This document shows positions 9,507-19,117 of a stretch of DNA of 64,000 nucleotides, piece by piece. The position numbers and the translations under genes were made by a program. Below the pieces are notes generated by a model. That model saw only the letters and a list, made by a program, of their open reading frames with translations, searched no databases and was not told the DNA's origin. Source of the stretch: an uncultured Bdellovibrio sp. (GTDB lineage Bacteria > Bdellovibrionota > Bdellovibrionia > Bdellovibrionales > Bdellovibrionaceae); NCBI GenBank assembly GCA_963932905.1, contig CAWVRN010000008.1:66047-130046 (forward strand), read 5' to 3'. Within the stretch, counting starts at the first letter, position 1. The number at the start of each line of letters is the position of its first letter.

Positions 9507-10031
9507 ATGTCCGAAGAGAAAAAAGACGGCCAAGCGGCAGCTGGTAGTGGTAAAAAAGTTGATGTGAAGAAAATCCTGACGTTAGTCTTTGCAGTTTTAA
9601 ATATGGGTGTGGGTGGCTTTGGATTATTTATGACTTACAAAGGAACATTGGGTTGGTCGACTCCAAAAATTACGGAAGAGGATTTAAAACGACAAATAGC
9701 TTCTGAGGAACCAAAGGACATTATTGGACCTTTCATCTACACGATGGATAAATTCACGGTGAATTTAGGTGGCGAGCCTAAGCGCATGATTCGACTAGAA
9801 GTAAATCTAGAATTGCTGGACCACGAGGGCTTTGAAGAAATTATTAACACTGAAAATCGCGCTCGCGCCCGTGATCGCATCGTTGATCTGTTAAATTCCA
9901 AGACTTTTAGCGATGTCGAAACTCTCCAAGGTAAGCTATTTTTGAAAGAAAATATCGCATTCGAGATCAACCAAATCCTACCACGCGGTTCAATCAAAGA
10001 TATTTACTTTACCGAGTTTGTAGTTCAGTAG
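9507..10031 (+). CDS. fliL: Flagellar basal body-associated protein FliL
   Basis: Single N-terminal TM; FTVNL, RDRIVDLLNSK, GKLFLKE, IYFTEFVVQ C-terminus. Confidence 0.92.
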   Translation: MSEEKKDGQAAAGSGKKVDVKKILTLVFAVLNMGVGGFGLFMTYKGTLGWSTPKITEEDLKRQIASEEPKDIIGPFIYTMDKFTVNLGGEPKRMIRLEVNLELLDHEGFEEIINTENRARARDRIVDLLNSKTFSDVETLQGKLFLKENIAFEINQILPRGSIKDIYFTEFVVQ

Positions 10032-10088
10032 GAACTCAAAAAGACTAGTTCAGTAGGAACTCAGAGGGGCCAGCTCAGTAACAATTCC
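10021..10088. repeat. Degenerate tandem repeat, 25-bp period, about 3 copies, overlapping the fliL stop
   Basis: TAGTTCAGTAGGAACTCA at 10021 and 10046 (identical 18-mers); decayed CAGCTCAGTAACAATTCC at 10071. Confidence 0.75.
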
Positions 10089-10114
10089 GTAAGTACAGAA
10101 AAAGTCTCGAGTTC

Positions 10115-10143
10115 TTGACCCCTTATAAGTTGAGTTTTATGAT
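10115..10143 (+). promoter_or_regulatory. Candidate sigma-70 promoter for the M16 peptidase pair
   Basis: TTGACC-N17-TATGAT ending 10 nt before the ATG at 10154; no Shine-Dalgarno. Confidence 0.6.
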
Positions 10144-10153
10144 GACTTAACTT

Positions 10154-11488
10154 ATGTCGAAGAACACCTCTGTTTTCTTTTTTGCGATTACTTTCTTGGC
10201 CTCAACATTCTTGTGGGCCCAAACAAAAACTCCCGCGCGTATTCAGTTTTCGGTAGTGAAGTACACGTTGCCAAATGGGTTAACGGTCATTCTTCATTCT
10301 GATAATTCGCTACCGCTGATTAGCTACCACACCTGGTATAAGGTGGGATCCCGAGACGAATATGCTGGTGTTACTGGAGCGGCTCACATGCTTGAACATA
10401 TGATGTTCAAAGGATCAAAACGATTTCCTGGTAACGACTATGATCGCATTTTGCATGAAAATGGGATCACGAACAACGCATTCACAAGTTATGACTACAC
10501 TGGATTTTATCAATCACTACCAAGTTCAAAATTAGATTTGATGATGCAATTAGAAGTGGATCGTATGAGCCAGCTTTTGTTGCGGGAAGAAGACTTAAAA
10601 ACGGAACGTGAAGTTGTCAAAGAAGAACGACGTTGGCGAGTCGATAACAACCCGACGATGGCTTTGTTTGAACTGACAATGGGCACTGTGTTCAGAGTTA
10701 GCAATTATAAGAATCCAGTCATTGGTACCATGGACGATATCAATAATTTCAATGTCACTACTTTACGTAAGTTTCATGAAACGTTTTATGTGCCAAACAA
10801 TGCCGTTCTGGTAATTGCTGGTGATTTTAAAATTCCAGAAGTTAAAAAACTAGTCGAGAAATATTACGGCCCTTTAGAGAAAAAAGAACTTCCTGAACGA
10901 AATTATAAAAAAGAGCCACCTCAAGCAGTTCAGTACAATGCTAAATTGAAAAAAGATGTAAAGGCGAATAGTTTTAATCTGGTTTTTCAAAGTGTTCCGC
11001 AAGATCATCCTGATTCTTATGCGCTGGATTTAATTTGCACGATGCTGGGTTCTGGTTCTTCGAGTCGTTTACATAAACGTTTAGTTTATTCAAAAGAAAT
11101 GGCGACGAATGCGGACTGCAGTCATTACAACCTAATGGACCAGGGTGTTTTAAATATTCATGTATCTTTAAAGCCGGGAATCGAAATCGAAAATCCATTG
11201 AATGTCGTTTACAACGAAATTTATATGCTTCGAAATTTTCCTATTAAAGAGCCTGAACTTGAGAAAGCAAAAATCCTAGCGATTAAATCGCACGTGGATT
11301 CGTTAAGAACATTGGATAATAAAGCACGTTTATTAGCGTCGGCGGAAATTTCCACGGGAAATTACGAAACCTTATTTACAGATATTGAAAAAATTCAAAA
11401 TGTAACACTAGCTGATATTAAGACGGTGGCTTCTAAATATTTGAATCAGCAACAACGATCGATTGTGTCTTTGTCACCTAAGAAGTAA
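10154..11488 (+). CDS. M16B (pitrilysin/insulinase-family) zinc peptidase, catalytic subunit
   Basis: Signal peptide; LPNGL, VGSRDE, AHMLEHMMFKGS (HxxEH), NAFTSYDYT. Confidence 0.93.
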   Translation: MSKNTSVFFFAITFLASTFLWAQTKTPARIQFSVVKYTLPNGLTVILHSDNSLPLISYHTWYKVGSRDEYAGVTGAAHMLEHMMFKGSKRFPGNDYDRILHENGITNNAFTSYDYTGFYQSLPSSKLDLMMQLEVDRMSQLLLREEDLKTEREVVKEERRWRVDNNPTMALFELTMGTVFRVSNYKNPVIGTMDDINNFNVTTLRKFHETFYVPNNAVLVIAGDFKIPEVKKLVEKYYGPLEKKELPERNYKKEPPQAVQYNAKLKKDVKANSFNLVFQSVPQDHPDSYALDLICTMLGSGSSSRLHKRLVYSKEMATNADCSHYNLMDQGVLNIHVSLKPGIEIENPLNVVYNEIYMLRNFPIKEPELEKAKILAIKSHVDSLRTLDNKARLLASAEISTGNYETLFTDIEKIQNVTLADIKTVASKYLNQQQRSIVSLSPKK

Positions 11489-11499
11489 AGGACTAGAAA

Positions 11500-12906
11500 A
11501 TGTTTAGATATTTAGTTGGAGTTTGTTTTATTACTTCGTCGCTTTTGATGTCGTGCCAAACGGCTAAGAAGGAAGTCGTATCGACTAGTCCTCCGCCGGC
11601 CGTGGTTGTCGCTAAGCCTACCAGTTCTACAGCTTTGAAATTGAAACCTACAAAAGAATTAGTTTTAGAAAACGGACTTAAAGTATACATATTCCGCGAT
11701 CTCTCGCTTCCTAGGTTCAGTATTAACTTACTTGTTAAAGTTGGGCAAAGAAACGATACAGTTGAAAAAGTCGGGGTTAACCATTTGACTGCGTCCTTGC
11801 TAGAACAAGGAACTAATCAATATTCAGCCACGCAAATTGCAGATAAAATCGCGGCTCTGGGGTCTGATCTGTCCATCGTACCGGGGGATGAGTATACATT
11901 AGTGTCTATCGACGGTTTGTCGATGTCGGTGGATGCCATTGTGGATTTATTCGGTGAGCTTGTTTTCAGACCAACTTTTCAAAATGAAGAAATCACTAAG
12001 CTGAAAAAAGAATTCGCGGCACAACTTAAAAAAGTGCAAGATGATCCATCTCAGGTGGCTGACTTAGGATTAAATGCGTTTTTACATAAAGGTACCCCCT
12101 TGGCTTATTCTTCAATTGGAACGGAAGCGTCACTTAAAAAAATTGGAAAATCAGATTTGATTAAAAACTACTTAACAAATTATCGCCCGAACAATTCTAT
12201 TTTAAGTATCGTAGGAAATATCAGCGAAGATGTAGAAAAGAAAATTCTTGAGCGTTTCAAGGCTTGGCCATCGCGCCCAATGAAACCAAATGTAGCTGCG
12301 GTTAAGCCGGCGGTTGAGGCTAAGCGCATGGAAGTACAGCTTAAGAAAGATTTGGTTCAGTCTGAAATTCGGGTGGCGATGCCTATGATTCCAAGAAAGC
12401 ATCCTGACTATTTGAAACTGCGTTTGATTAACGAAATATTTGGAGGCGGCTTCGTATCGCGATTGAATTCTAAAATTCGTGATCAGTTGGGATTAACTTA
12501 CGGGATCAGCAGTTCGCTAGATTTAGGGCTTGAGCAAGGTTACATGTTCGTTTCAACATTTACTAAAAATGAAACAACTCAGCAGGTGATCGAGCAGATA
12601 AATGTAGAAGTAGCCAAGCTAGTCGAAGAAGGAGTGACCGCTAAGGAGTTGTCTAGCGCTAAAAATATGGTGTTAGCTCAGTTCCCAAGAGCGTTAGAAA
12701 CCGTAGATCGCGTTGCTTTTAATTTTATGTATTTGGATTTTTATGGTGTGGGCCCATCTTATCTATATGATTTTCAACGCTCGGTAGATCGATTGTCGCT
12801 AGATGAGATCAACCAAGCAATCAAAACGCATTTCAGTGTTGATAAGATGAAAATGTTTGTTTTGGCAAATCCGTCAGTTGAAAAAAGCTTAACGACGATT
12901 AAATAG
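11500..12906 (+). CDS. M16B peptidase, non-catalytic partner subunit (lipoprotein)
   Basis: Lipobox-like LLMSC; LENGL; HxxEH replaced by NHLTASLL; GGGFVSRL..IR...GLTYG (R/Y pair). Confidence 0.88.
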   Translation: MFRYLVGVCFITSSLLMSCQTAKKEVVSTSPPPAVVVAKPTSSTALKLKPTKELVLENGLKVYIFRDLSLPRFSINLLVKVGQRNDTVEKVGVNHLTASLLEQGTNQYSATQIADKIAALGSDLSIVPGDEYTLVSIDGLSMSVDAIVDLFGELVFRPTFQNEEITKLKKEFAAQLKKVQDDPSQVADLGLNAFLHKGTPLAYSSIGTEASLKKIGKSDLIKNYLTNYRPNNSILSIVGNISEDVEKKILERFKAWPSRPMKPNVAAVKPAVEAKRMEVQLKKDLVQSEIRVAMPMIPRKHPDYLKLRLINEIFGGGFVSRLNSKIRDQLGLTYGISSSLDLGLEQGYMFVSTFTKNETTQQVIEQINVEVAKLVEEGVTAKELSSAKNMVLAQFPRALETVDRVAFNFMYLDFYGVGPSYLYDFQRSVDRLSLDEINQAIKTHFSVDKMKMFVLANPSVEKSLTTIK

Positions 12907-12920
12907 ATTGGTGTCCGAAA

Positions 12921-13343
12921 TTATTTTTTCGTTTTATTGACCCTGTTGAGTTTGTTGAAGGTTTCGGCCAGGTCCTTAAAGTAGTCATTTTTTCTGAACA
13001 CTACATCTTCGACTTCTTTACCGGCGATCATGTTTTCCATGTGGATTTTTAATCTATAAATGGGTCCGGCAATTCTATTCGTTAAGTATAGGCCATAGAA
13101 AATAATAGCTGTGAAAAACACGAATATCAAACCGTAGGCAACGCCGTTAGTATGTTCCGCATCTATTTCATTCAATGACTGAATAACATGGTAACCACTT
13201 AATACGGCAATTGAAAGGGTGATGGAATAACTTATGATTGCCCATTGAACTTCCTTATTTATAATAAGTTGGCGTTGTCGAAATTTTACCTTTTTAAATG
13301 GTTCGTTAGTCATAGTTTGCAAAGTCCTTATTTTGTTTTCCAT
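12921..13343 (-). CDS. Small two-TM membrane protein with a C-terminal HAMP-like domain
   Basis: Two hydrophobic segments, then TNRIAGPIYRL...FRKNDYFKDLAETFN; no output domain. The start could be Met11. Confidence 0.7.
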   Translation of the reverse strand: MENKIRTLQTMTNEPFKKVKFRQRQLIINKEVQWAIISYSITLSIAVLSGYHVIQSLNEIDAEHTNGVAYGLIFVFFTAIIFYGLYLTNRIAGPIYRLKIHMENMIAGKEVEDVVFRKNDYFKDLAETFNKLNRVNKTKK

Positions 13344-15889
13344 CCGCTCGTTGCAAACACCGAAATGAATGGAACGCCAGGGGGTTGATTCATAATATAC
13401 TGAAAGTGAGGATCATAGCGATAAGTTTCTGTCGACGGGGTTGTCCATGTACTGTCGCCGATCGAGTAGGCTTCTATAATTTCTGGATAAATAGAATAGT
13501 GGGGAAGAATTTGAGGACCGTTGATAGTAATTGTGCGTCCGCCCCAGCTTTCGTTAAGTAAAAGTTGCGGCCAGTATTTCATCAAAGCCACATTGTAGGT
13601 TGTACTGGAGGCATTGCGAGTTAAAGATCCAGTGGCTACGTCCCAGCGGGCATTGTGATCACGCCAATTATTTGAGAAATAAATGACATCATCCCCCGCC
13701 ACCATTAGCGGTGACCACGGCGTCGACGTCGCTGAAGTCGTTGACGATGAGGTGTTTAAATCACCTTGAAGGTAAACGTGAAGATTCGTAATGACAGACA
13801 GGCCCTTGGGTAACACCGTTGTGGAAATATTGGCGCCGTTTATCAGTCGTAACGCCGTCGTGCGCATTCTGATTTGATCTGCTTGATTCAAATTTTTGTA
13901 TTGATCGCAATTTGGAATTTTAAATGCGCCATGGGCGTCCAAATTGCCCCCGGCTAAACTTGTTGAACATAGCTGCATAGGAAGCGCTTGGCTTTGAGCT
14001 GCGTTGTAGACAGGGGTTTGATTGGCATCCGCCGATGAGCCATAAAAACGAGAGTCTAAGTCCGTGTGGGCATATGGTGGTGCAACTGGAGTGTTCAAAT
14101 CTTTTAAACCATTTAGCGAACCAGCCCAAGTTCCGGAAATAAAAATAATACCGTTAAACGCCCGCCCCATCATTCCCCAGCTTTTGAAATAACAACCCAA
14201 TTCTCCACGGTGATCTTGACCAGGAAGTGGGTTCGAAGGGTCATGGGTGCAGCCAAGGGCATCTTGAAATCGATTTAAGTCAAAATTCATAGGGTAGACT
14301 TTGCTGCGTGCGACTCGGGCTTCCGTGGGTTGCGGTGAATGCTGTTGCCACAGGCCAAATCGATAGCCACTTCTGGTTGCATTCACAATACGATGCGAAA
14401 CATCCGAGTCACTTCCTAGGGAGCATGTGACCGGAGTATCGATACCCACAATTTTATCTTGAATTGCCCCTGAGCTGCAGTTTGTGCACATCGTATTGGT
14501 GGTAGAGAGTGTATCATAGCAAAATCCAGACTGTGTCCCCGCGGAAAGATTATTTGAAGCGTAGCCACCAGGAATTGCTGAACCCGTAAGTCCTGCTAAG
14601 TTTCCGTATGAAATAACACCTTCTGTATTGTCTTTGATTTTAGCGGCTACCGTGTCGTATTCGTAGTAAGAAAATTTTTGGGGAGTCGTATTTGTTGGCC
14701 ACGCATGCTGAGGAAAATGTGTAGTCATGTAATTCGTGATGTCTGTTTGGCCGACATCACGAGTTCCTTCGGTTGTTTCTTCGTCCCAAGTTCTAAATGA
14801 ACCAGGATGATCAGACCAAACAGGAATACCGGGCCAATCATTTTCATTGGCAGGGTTTTTTAAATACCAAACACCATTAATAATTCTAATATCGGCTTTG
14901 TATGCAAACTTGGCTTGTCTTACAGACGTCGGATCGGCAGTGACAATGGGATCAATCATCAGACGTTCCCGAAGATTAGCTCCTTGGCGGCCGCGCTGAA
15001 CCCGCGGAGTATCTGCCGTTTTGATATGAATGGCCGGCACTCCATGATAACTATCTTGGACTCGGCCATTCCAGCGTGCCAGAGCATATTCTTTCCAAGC
15101 TAAGCCTGTTCCATCGCAGTTCGTACAACCGCTGCCAGCTGAATTTTTTAGTTCAACGAAATTAGTTCCTGAATCATCGGCCGCTATGTAACTACGTAAA
15201 GTATTTCCCCAAAACGGAGGTGCTGTCATGACATAACCTGCGGAGGTAAAATAATTGGCGGCAACGAACTCGGTTCCTTGGTTAGCATTAGCTATGTTGC
15301 CTACACTTGATCCAATGTAAATGTATCTATTCGCAAAAACACGTCCATTAATAAGAATTTTATTTACGATTGTAGTAGCAGCCCAATCATAAAACGAAAA
15401 TACGCCAAATTGGGTAAAGTTGATTCCCGCAATTACGCCATCAAGTTCAGCGGAAGTTTCATAGCCTGTGGTTGATGAAATTAAAGCCACCTTTAGATTC
15501 ACAACACGCGTATCGGACTGCATGCCTGCAAAGGGACCTGATGGTAAATCTTTAACTGCACTGTCTACCGATATAGTTGAAGACCAAGATCCAACCGTGT
15601 AGCCCGCAGGTGTGAGTGAGACAATGTGAGGTTCGATATAGGCAGTCAGGTTGTCGGTAGTAATCGTGTCTGTTTGGGAAACGAATTGTTTGGTAAGATT
15701 TACCATACCTTTGATAAAGCCTTCGGCCTCGTAGGTCGCTTTGATTTTATCAACGTTTTGCGAATTTTGTTTTTGATTTATTATGGCATTATTAAAAATA
15801 TAAACGGAAGTAGTCATTACAGCGGCCGCAAATACGATTACGAATACGGTACTACTGCCCGAAATAAATTTTGTTTTTTTCATACTCAC
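13328..15889 (-). CDS. Large PilX-like type IV minor pilin with an extended Cys-rich C-terminal region
   Basis: Basic leader, G|SSTVFVIVFAAAV hydrophobic helix lacking Glu5, KATYEAEGFI (PilX A.y.AE.G motif), C-terminal YRYDPHF...PPGVP...W; follows pilV- and pilW-like genes. The start may be the ATG at 15883. Confidence 0.7.
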   Translation of the reverse strand: MSMKKTKFISGSSTVFVIVFAAAVMTTSVYIFNNAIINQKQNSQNVDKIKATYEAEGFIKGMVNLTKQFVSQTDTITTDNLTAYIEPHIVSLTPAGYTVGSWSSTISVDSAVKDLPSGPFAGMQSDTRVVNLKVALISSTTGYETSAELDGVIAGINFTQFGVFSFYDWAATTIVNKILINGRVFANRYIYIGSSVGNIANANQGTEFVAANYFTSAGYVMTAPPFWGNTLRSYIAADDSGTNFVELKNSAGSGCTNCDGTGLAWKEYALARWNGRVQDSYHGVPAIHIKTADTPRVQRGRQGANLRERLMIDPIVTADPTSVRQAKFAYKADIRIINGVWYLKNPANENDWPGIPVWSDHPGSFRTWDEETTEGTRDVGQTDITNYMTTHFPQHAWPTNTTPQKFSYYEYDTVAAKIKDNTEGVISYGNLAGLTGSAIPGGYASNNLSAGTQSGFCYDTLSTTNTMCTNCSSGAIQDKIVGIDTPVTCSLGSDSDVSHRIVNATRSGYRFGLWQQHSPQPTEARVARSKVYPMNFDLNRFQDALGCTHDPSNPLPGQDHRGELGCYFKSWGMMGRAFNGIIFISGTWAGSLNGLKDLNTPVAPPYAHTDLDSRFYGSSADANQTPVYNAAQSQALPMQLCSTSLAGGNLDAHGAFKIPNCDQYKNLNQADQIRMRTTALRLINGANISTTVLPKGLSVITNLHVYLQGDLNTSSSTTSATSTPWSPLMVAGDDVIYFSNNWRDHNARWDVATGSLTRNASSTTYNVALMKYWPQLLLNESWGGRTITINGPQILPHYSIYPEIIEAYSIGDSTWTTPSTETYRYDPHFQYIMNQPPGVPFISVFATSGWKTK

Positions 15890-15896
15890 CCACGTC

Positions 15897-16964
15897 CTAT
15901 AGAAAGTCTAACACGTTTCTTAAGTAAAACCTTCTTTCGACACCAAATAGATACAGGTTTGGGAACGATTTCACGGTCCCATTAAGAGTCGATACCGAGT
16001 TTCCTAGAGCACTTGCCTTGTATTGAGACGTTCCCACTATGATCCCTACTAACAGCATTTTTAAATCACTATTAGCGCCCCCAACACCCAGGCCGCCCAG
16101 TTTAGCCATGGTGTCGGCTGTATTATTGTAAAGGACCTCATCCGTATCGCTACCGTTAATCGTGAGTGATTGGTTGCGGAAACCAACATCATACCCCAGG
16201 GCAAATTGCAAATCATAAACATCGTCTGAATATATATGTATGTCCGCAGAAACCAGTGGAGATGTGTTCGCTATTTTTACCAATTTTATAATTCTAAATG
16301 TAGCCGGATCCCAGTAAATTGTTTTCAGAGTCACCGGCGAAGTAGTTCCATTTAAAAATGTTTCGGATCCAATCACGCCATGATTTAAAATTTTTCCTTG
16401 TAGATCATCTGATGTGGTTGCTTGGCAGGTTGCTATGTCAACGTTGGTAATCCGAAGAGTGCGAGTAATTGTATCAGAGGCGTTGACTAGAATAATGGAT
16501 GTGTTGATCATCCCGGATTCTAGAGCACATTCGCTTGGATCAACAGCACCATTTCCATTTACATCCACAGTGGTGATTTGTAAAATCCCTGTGACGGCGG
16601 AGTAACTCGTCACCGAAATTTTGGGATAATAAGATCCGTCAGCCATTGTCCTTTCTGAAGCGATGGTTATCCGGTCGCTGCCTTGACAGTCGGGCAATCC
16701 AAGGTCAGTTAGCGGGCCACAGTTGTCTTCCACAGTGAGGGCGTCCCACGGACGAATAGTGGCTCCCCCGGCACCGCGCAAAACTTTACCCAGCAAATTT
16801 GAAATGAGCATTGTATTCCATGTGACATAAGACGTTTGCCGTACGCGTTGTTCCTCTTTTTGAGAATCGATAAAAAGTGTAGTGCCTAACAAAATGATGA
16901 TCGAGGAAATACTAGCAGCTATCAGGAGTTCAGTAATGGTAAAACCATTCCGTCGCTTTATCAT
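15897..16964 (-). CDS. PilW-like type IV minor pilin (prepilin N-terminal methylation domain)
   Basis: Start moved to the ATG at 16964, which overlaps the upstream TGA (ATGA): MIKRRNG|FTITELLIA; LRGAG, GSDRITI and VYDLQFALGYD resemble PilW. Confidence 0.8.
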   Translation of the reverse strand: MIKRRNGFTITELLIAASISSIIILLGTTLFIDSQKEEQRVRQTSYVTWNTMLISNLLGKVLRGAGGATIRPWDALTVEDNCGPLTDLGLPDCQGSDRITIASERTMADGSYYPKISVTSYSAVTGILQITTVDVNGNGAVDPSECALESGMINTSIILVNASDTITRTLRITNVDIATCQATTSDDLQGKILNHGVIGSETFLNGTTSPVTLKTIYWDPATFRIIKLVKIANTSPLVSADIHIYSDDVYDLQFALGYDVGFRNQSLTINGSDTDEVLYNNTADTMAKLGGLGVGGANSDLKMLLVGIIVGTSQYKASALGNSVSTLNGTVKSFPNLYLFGVERRFYLRNVLDFL

Positions 16965-17371
16965 CGGACAATCCTCAGCGTAAAAGAACTGCCTGTGAAT
17001 CCATCTTGCCACGCCACTTTTATAACGATGGTTCGGTTGCCCGCGATAGGAGCATTTTCAGTCACATCCCAACTGGCGATGTATTTAGGATTACCGGCTG
17101 ATGTAACTTCAACTAAGCTTTTACTAAAGTAGCGTCTGTGACTTGCATTATAAGCTTGCAGTAGGGCCGTATCCGTAAAGCTTTTCATGGAAAGGTCTTC
17201 AGCGATATTTTCAGCAATGATATTTCCATAGATTGAGCTCGCTTGCCTAGTTATGGAACTATTAGCTGTCTGTATCTGATAAAGATACGTAAACGTTGCA
17301 ATGGAGAAAATCGCCAAAGCAAAAAGAGCATCGATAATAGTAAAACCCAGGGGTTTGTTTAGTAATGGCAT
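16961..17371 (-). CDS. PilV-like type IV minor pilin
   Basis: KPLG|FTIIDALFALAIF class III signal (Asp at +5); AENIAEDL and RTIVIKVAW typical of PilV/GspI-like pilins. Confidence 0.72.
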   Translation of the reverse strand: MPLLNKPLGFTIIDALFALAIFSIATFTYLYQIQTANSSITRQASSIYGNIIAENIAEDLSMKSFTDTALLQAYNASHRRYFSKSLVEVTSAGNPKYIASWDVTENAPIAGNRTIVIKVAWQDGFTGSSFTLRIVR

Positions 17372-17385
17372 GCAAAAGTTAATTT

Positions 17386-18114
17386 CTATTTCTTCTTAAG
17401 TCGTATTAAAATAAGTAGGCCGATTGCCGCAAAAATGATGGCGCCGACAATATACAGAAACTTATTACTTTTCTTCGCGACTTGTTGTGAACCATCTGGC
17501 AATCCACCTATGTCAATGCCTGTACCGGCACCAGTGCTGATCGGTCCTAGAGTTCCACCAGCACCTTGAATGCTTGGATCTTGTAATGAATTTTTAGTAG
17601 CTATCACATTAAGTGAATTTACCGCGTTGAAAAAGTCTTGTGCATATTTGGTGTAAAATTCTTTATGGGCACTGAACGTCACAAGAACCGCAATTTTTTC
17701 TTTAATCGTAGCAATGTAGCGAGTGTAGTAATTTTGGATTTCGCTGCTGATATGGAAACCATCAACCCAAAGTAGATTGTTGATCTTTTTTTGAGTTGGC
17801 GGGGACATGACCTGCGACATCACTGTTTCACCGGTTTTAGTAGTCGTTTTGATAGGGCTCTTCATGTGACCTTCATAAATTTGAAGACTATCGCTAGGGC
17901 CGACTTCCTTAGCAGTTAGGACAATGATCGCCTCTTTTGATTCATTAGTTTCTTGGCTGCGGCAAACCCATTCAGTGGCTTCCAGGACGCAATTCCAACG
18001 TTCTGGGATTTCAAATGAGATATAGGCATTTTTAAACTGTTTAGCCTGAGCCAAGTTTGGAGTCGTCGCGATGAGAGCCGCGACGCCCAGGATTAAAAAA
18101 GTGTGGAGTCTCAT
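17386..18114 (-). CDS. Hypothetical exported protein with a C-terminal membrane anchor
   Basis: Signal peptide (AQA|K), ISFEIPERW start (PsbP/DcrB-like by impression), Gly-rich linker, C-terminal TM plus KKK. Confidence 0.75.
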   Translation of the reverse strand: MRLHTFLILGVAALIATTPNLAQAKQFKNAYISFEIPERWNCVLEATEWVCRSQETNESKEAIIVLTAKEVGPSDSLQIYEGHMKSPIKTTTKTGETVMSQVMSPPTQKKINNLLWVDGFHISSEIQNYYTRYIATIKEKIAVLVTFSAHKEFYTKYAQDFFNAVNSLNVIATKNSLQDPSIQGAGGTLGPISTGAGTGIDIGGLPDGSQQVAKKSNKFLYIVGAIIFAAIGLLILIRLKKK

Positions 18115-18204
18115 GAATTCCCCTTTATTTTATTGTTCATCGAACACAAGATATGTATTTATTATAATAAGTTTTTTTAAGGTATCTCAACAAGGATTTA
18201 GAAA

Positions 18205-19113
18205 ATGCTCAATTTATATCAACTGACCACTTTCGTTACAGTTATCAGTGAAGGGAGCATGACCGCTGCTGCGGACAAGCTGTTCCTTACTCAACCAGCC
18301 GTCAGTCAACAAATTCGGAACTTAGAGGAAGAATTAGGAGTCGAGCTACTTGTGCGAGGCGTTAGGCAAATCAAGGCAACGCCTCAAGGTGAGATTCTGT
18401 ATGAGCATTCACGAAAAATTCTTCATCACGTTCAGCAAGCAGAGATCGCGATCAAATCGATGGGCGCTGAACTGAAAGGTGATGTCTACATGGGGACGTT
18501 GAACTCACTAGGCTTACACTTAATGAGTCCAATCATCAGTCGACTGCTGCGCCACAACCCTGACCTAATGGTAAAAGTAGACTACCAAAAAGGTGAAGAG
18601 CTAATTCAAAACTTTAAGGCTGGTAAAGTCGACGTTCTAATTCTACCTGAAACGAACAAAGAATTTCACTTTGAGATGGATGACACCATCGAATCTAAAT
18701 TCCTTAACAAGGAAGAGATGTGGTTAGTTTGCTCGGGCAAAGATTCCAACATCCCTCAGCAGCTATCTGTAGAAGAGTTAGCCGAACACCAAATCGTTCA
18801 ATTTACAGGTGAGTACCCGGAATTTGATCGTAAGGTAAAAGAGAAAATGAAAGCGACTGGTAAGAAATTTAATGTCATTTTCGAGTCATCAAATGTGGGA
18901 ACTTTAAAACGAGTTATTGAAACAGGAATCGGTCTAGGATTCTTGCCTGCTCACGCCGTTAAAAAACAAGTGCGTTCAGGCCGTATGAATCGTATTCACG
19001 TAAAAGATTTATCGTACGAGATGGATTTAGTTTATTACTACAGAAAGAACTCGGATAAAAAAGTTCTTGTAGAAACTTTCTATCAGGCCCTTTCCCAGCA
19101 GGAAAAAGGCTAG
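18205..19113 (+). CDS. LysR-family transcriptional regulator
   Basis: GSMTAAADKLFLTQPAVSQQIRNLEEELGVELL HTH; 302 aa. Confidence 0.95.
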   Translation: MLNLYQLTTFVTVISEGSMTAAADKLFLTQPAVSQQIRNLEEELGVELLVRGVRQIKATPQGEILYEHSRKILHHVQQAEIAIKSMGAELKGDVYMGTLNSLGLHLMSPIISRLLRHNPDLMVKVDYQKGEELIQNFKAGKVDVLILPETNKEFHFEMDDTIESKFLNKEEMWLVCSGKDSNIPQQLSVEELAEHQIVQFTGEYPEFDRKVKEKMKATGKKFNVIFESSNVGTLKRVIETGIGLGFLPAHAVKKQVRSGRMNRIHVKDLSYEMDLVYYYRKNSDKKVLVETFYQALSQQEKG

Positions 19114-19117
19114 TTTG

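Noticed and set aside
10021..10088. Direct repeats as a mini CRISPR array
   Set aside because: The repeats are 18 bp with 7-bp gaps, only two are exact, they overlap a coding end, and no cas genes are present.
11500..12906. Second M16 gene as a pseudogene because HxxEH is missing
   Set aside because: The ORF is intact and keeps the R/Y pair; a non-catalytic partner is normal for heterodimeric M16B peptidases.
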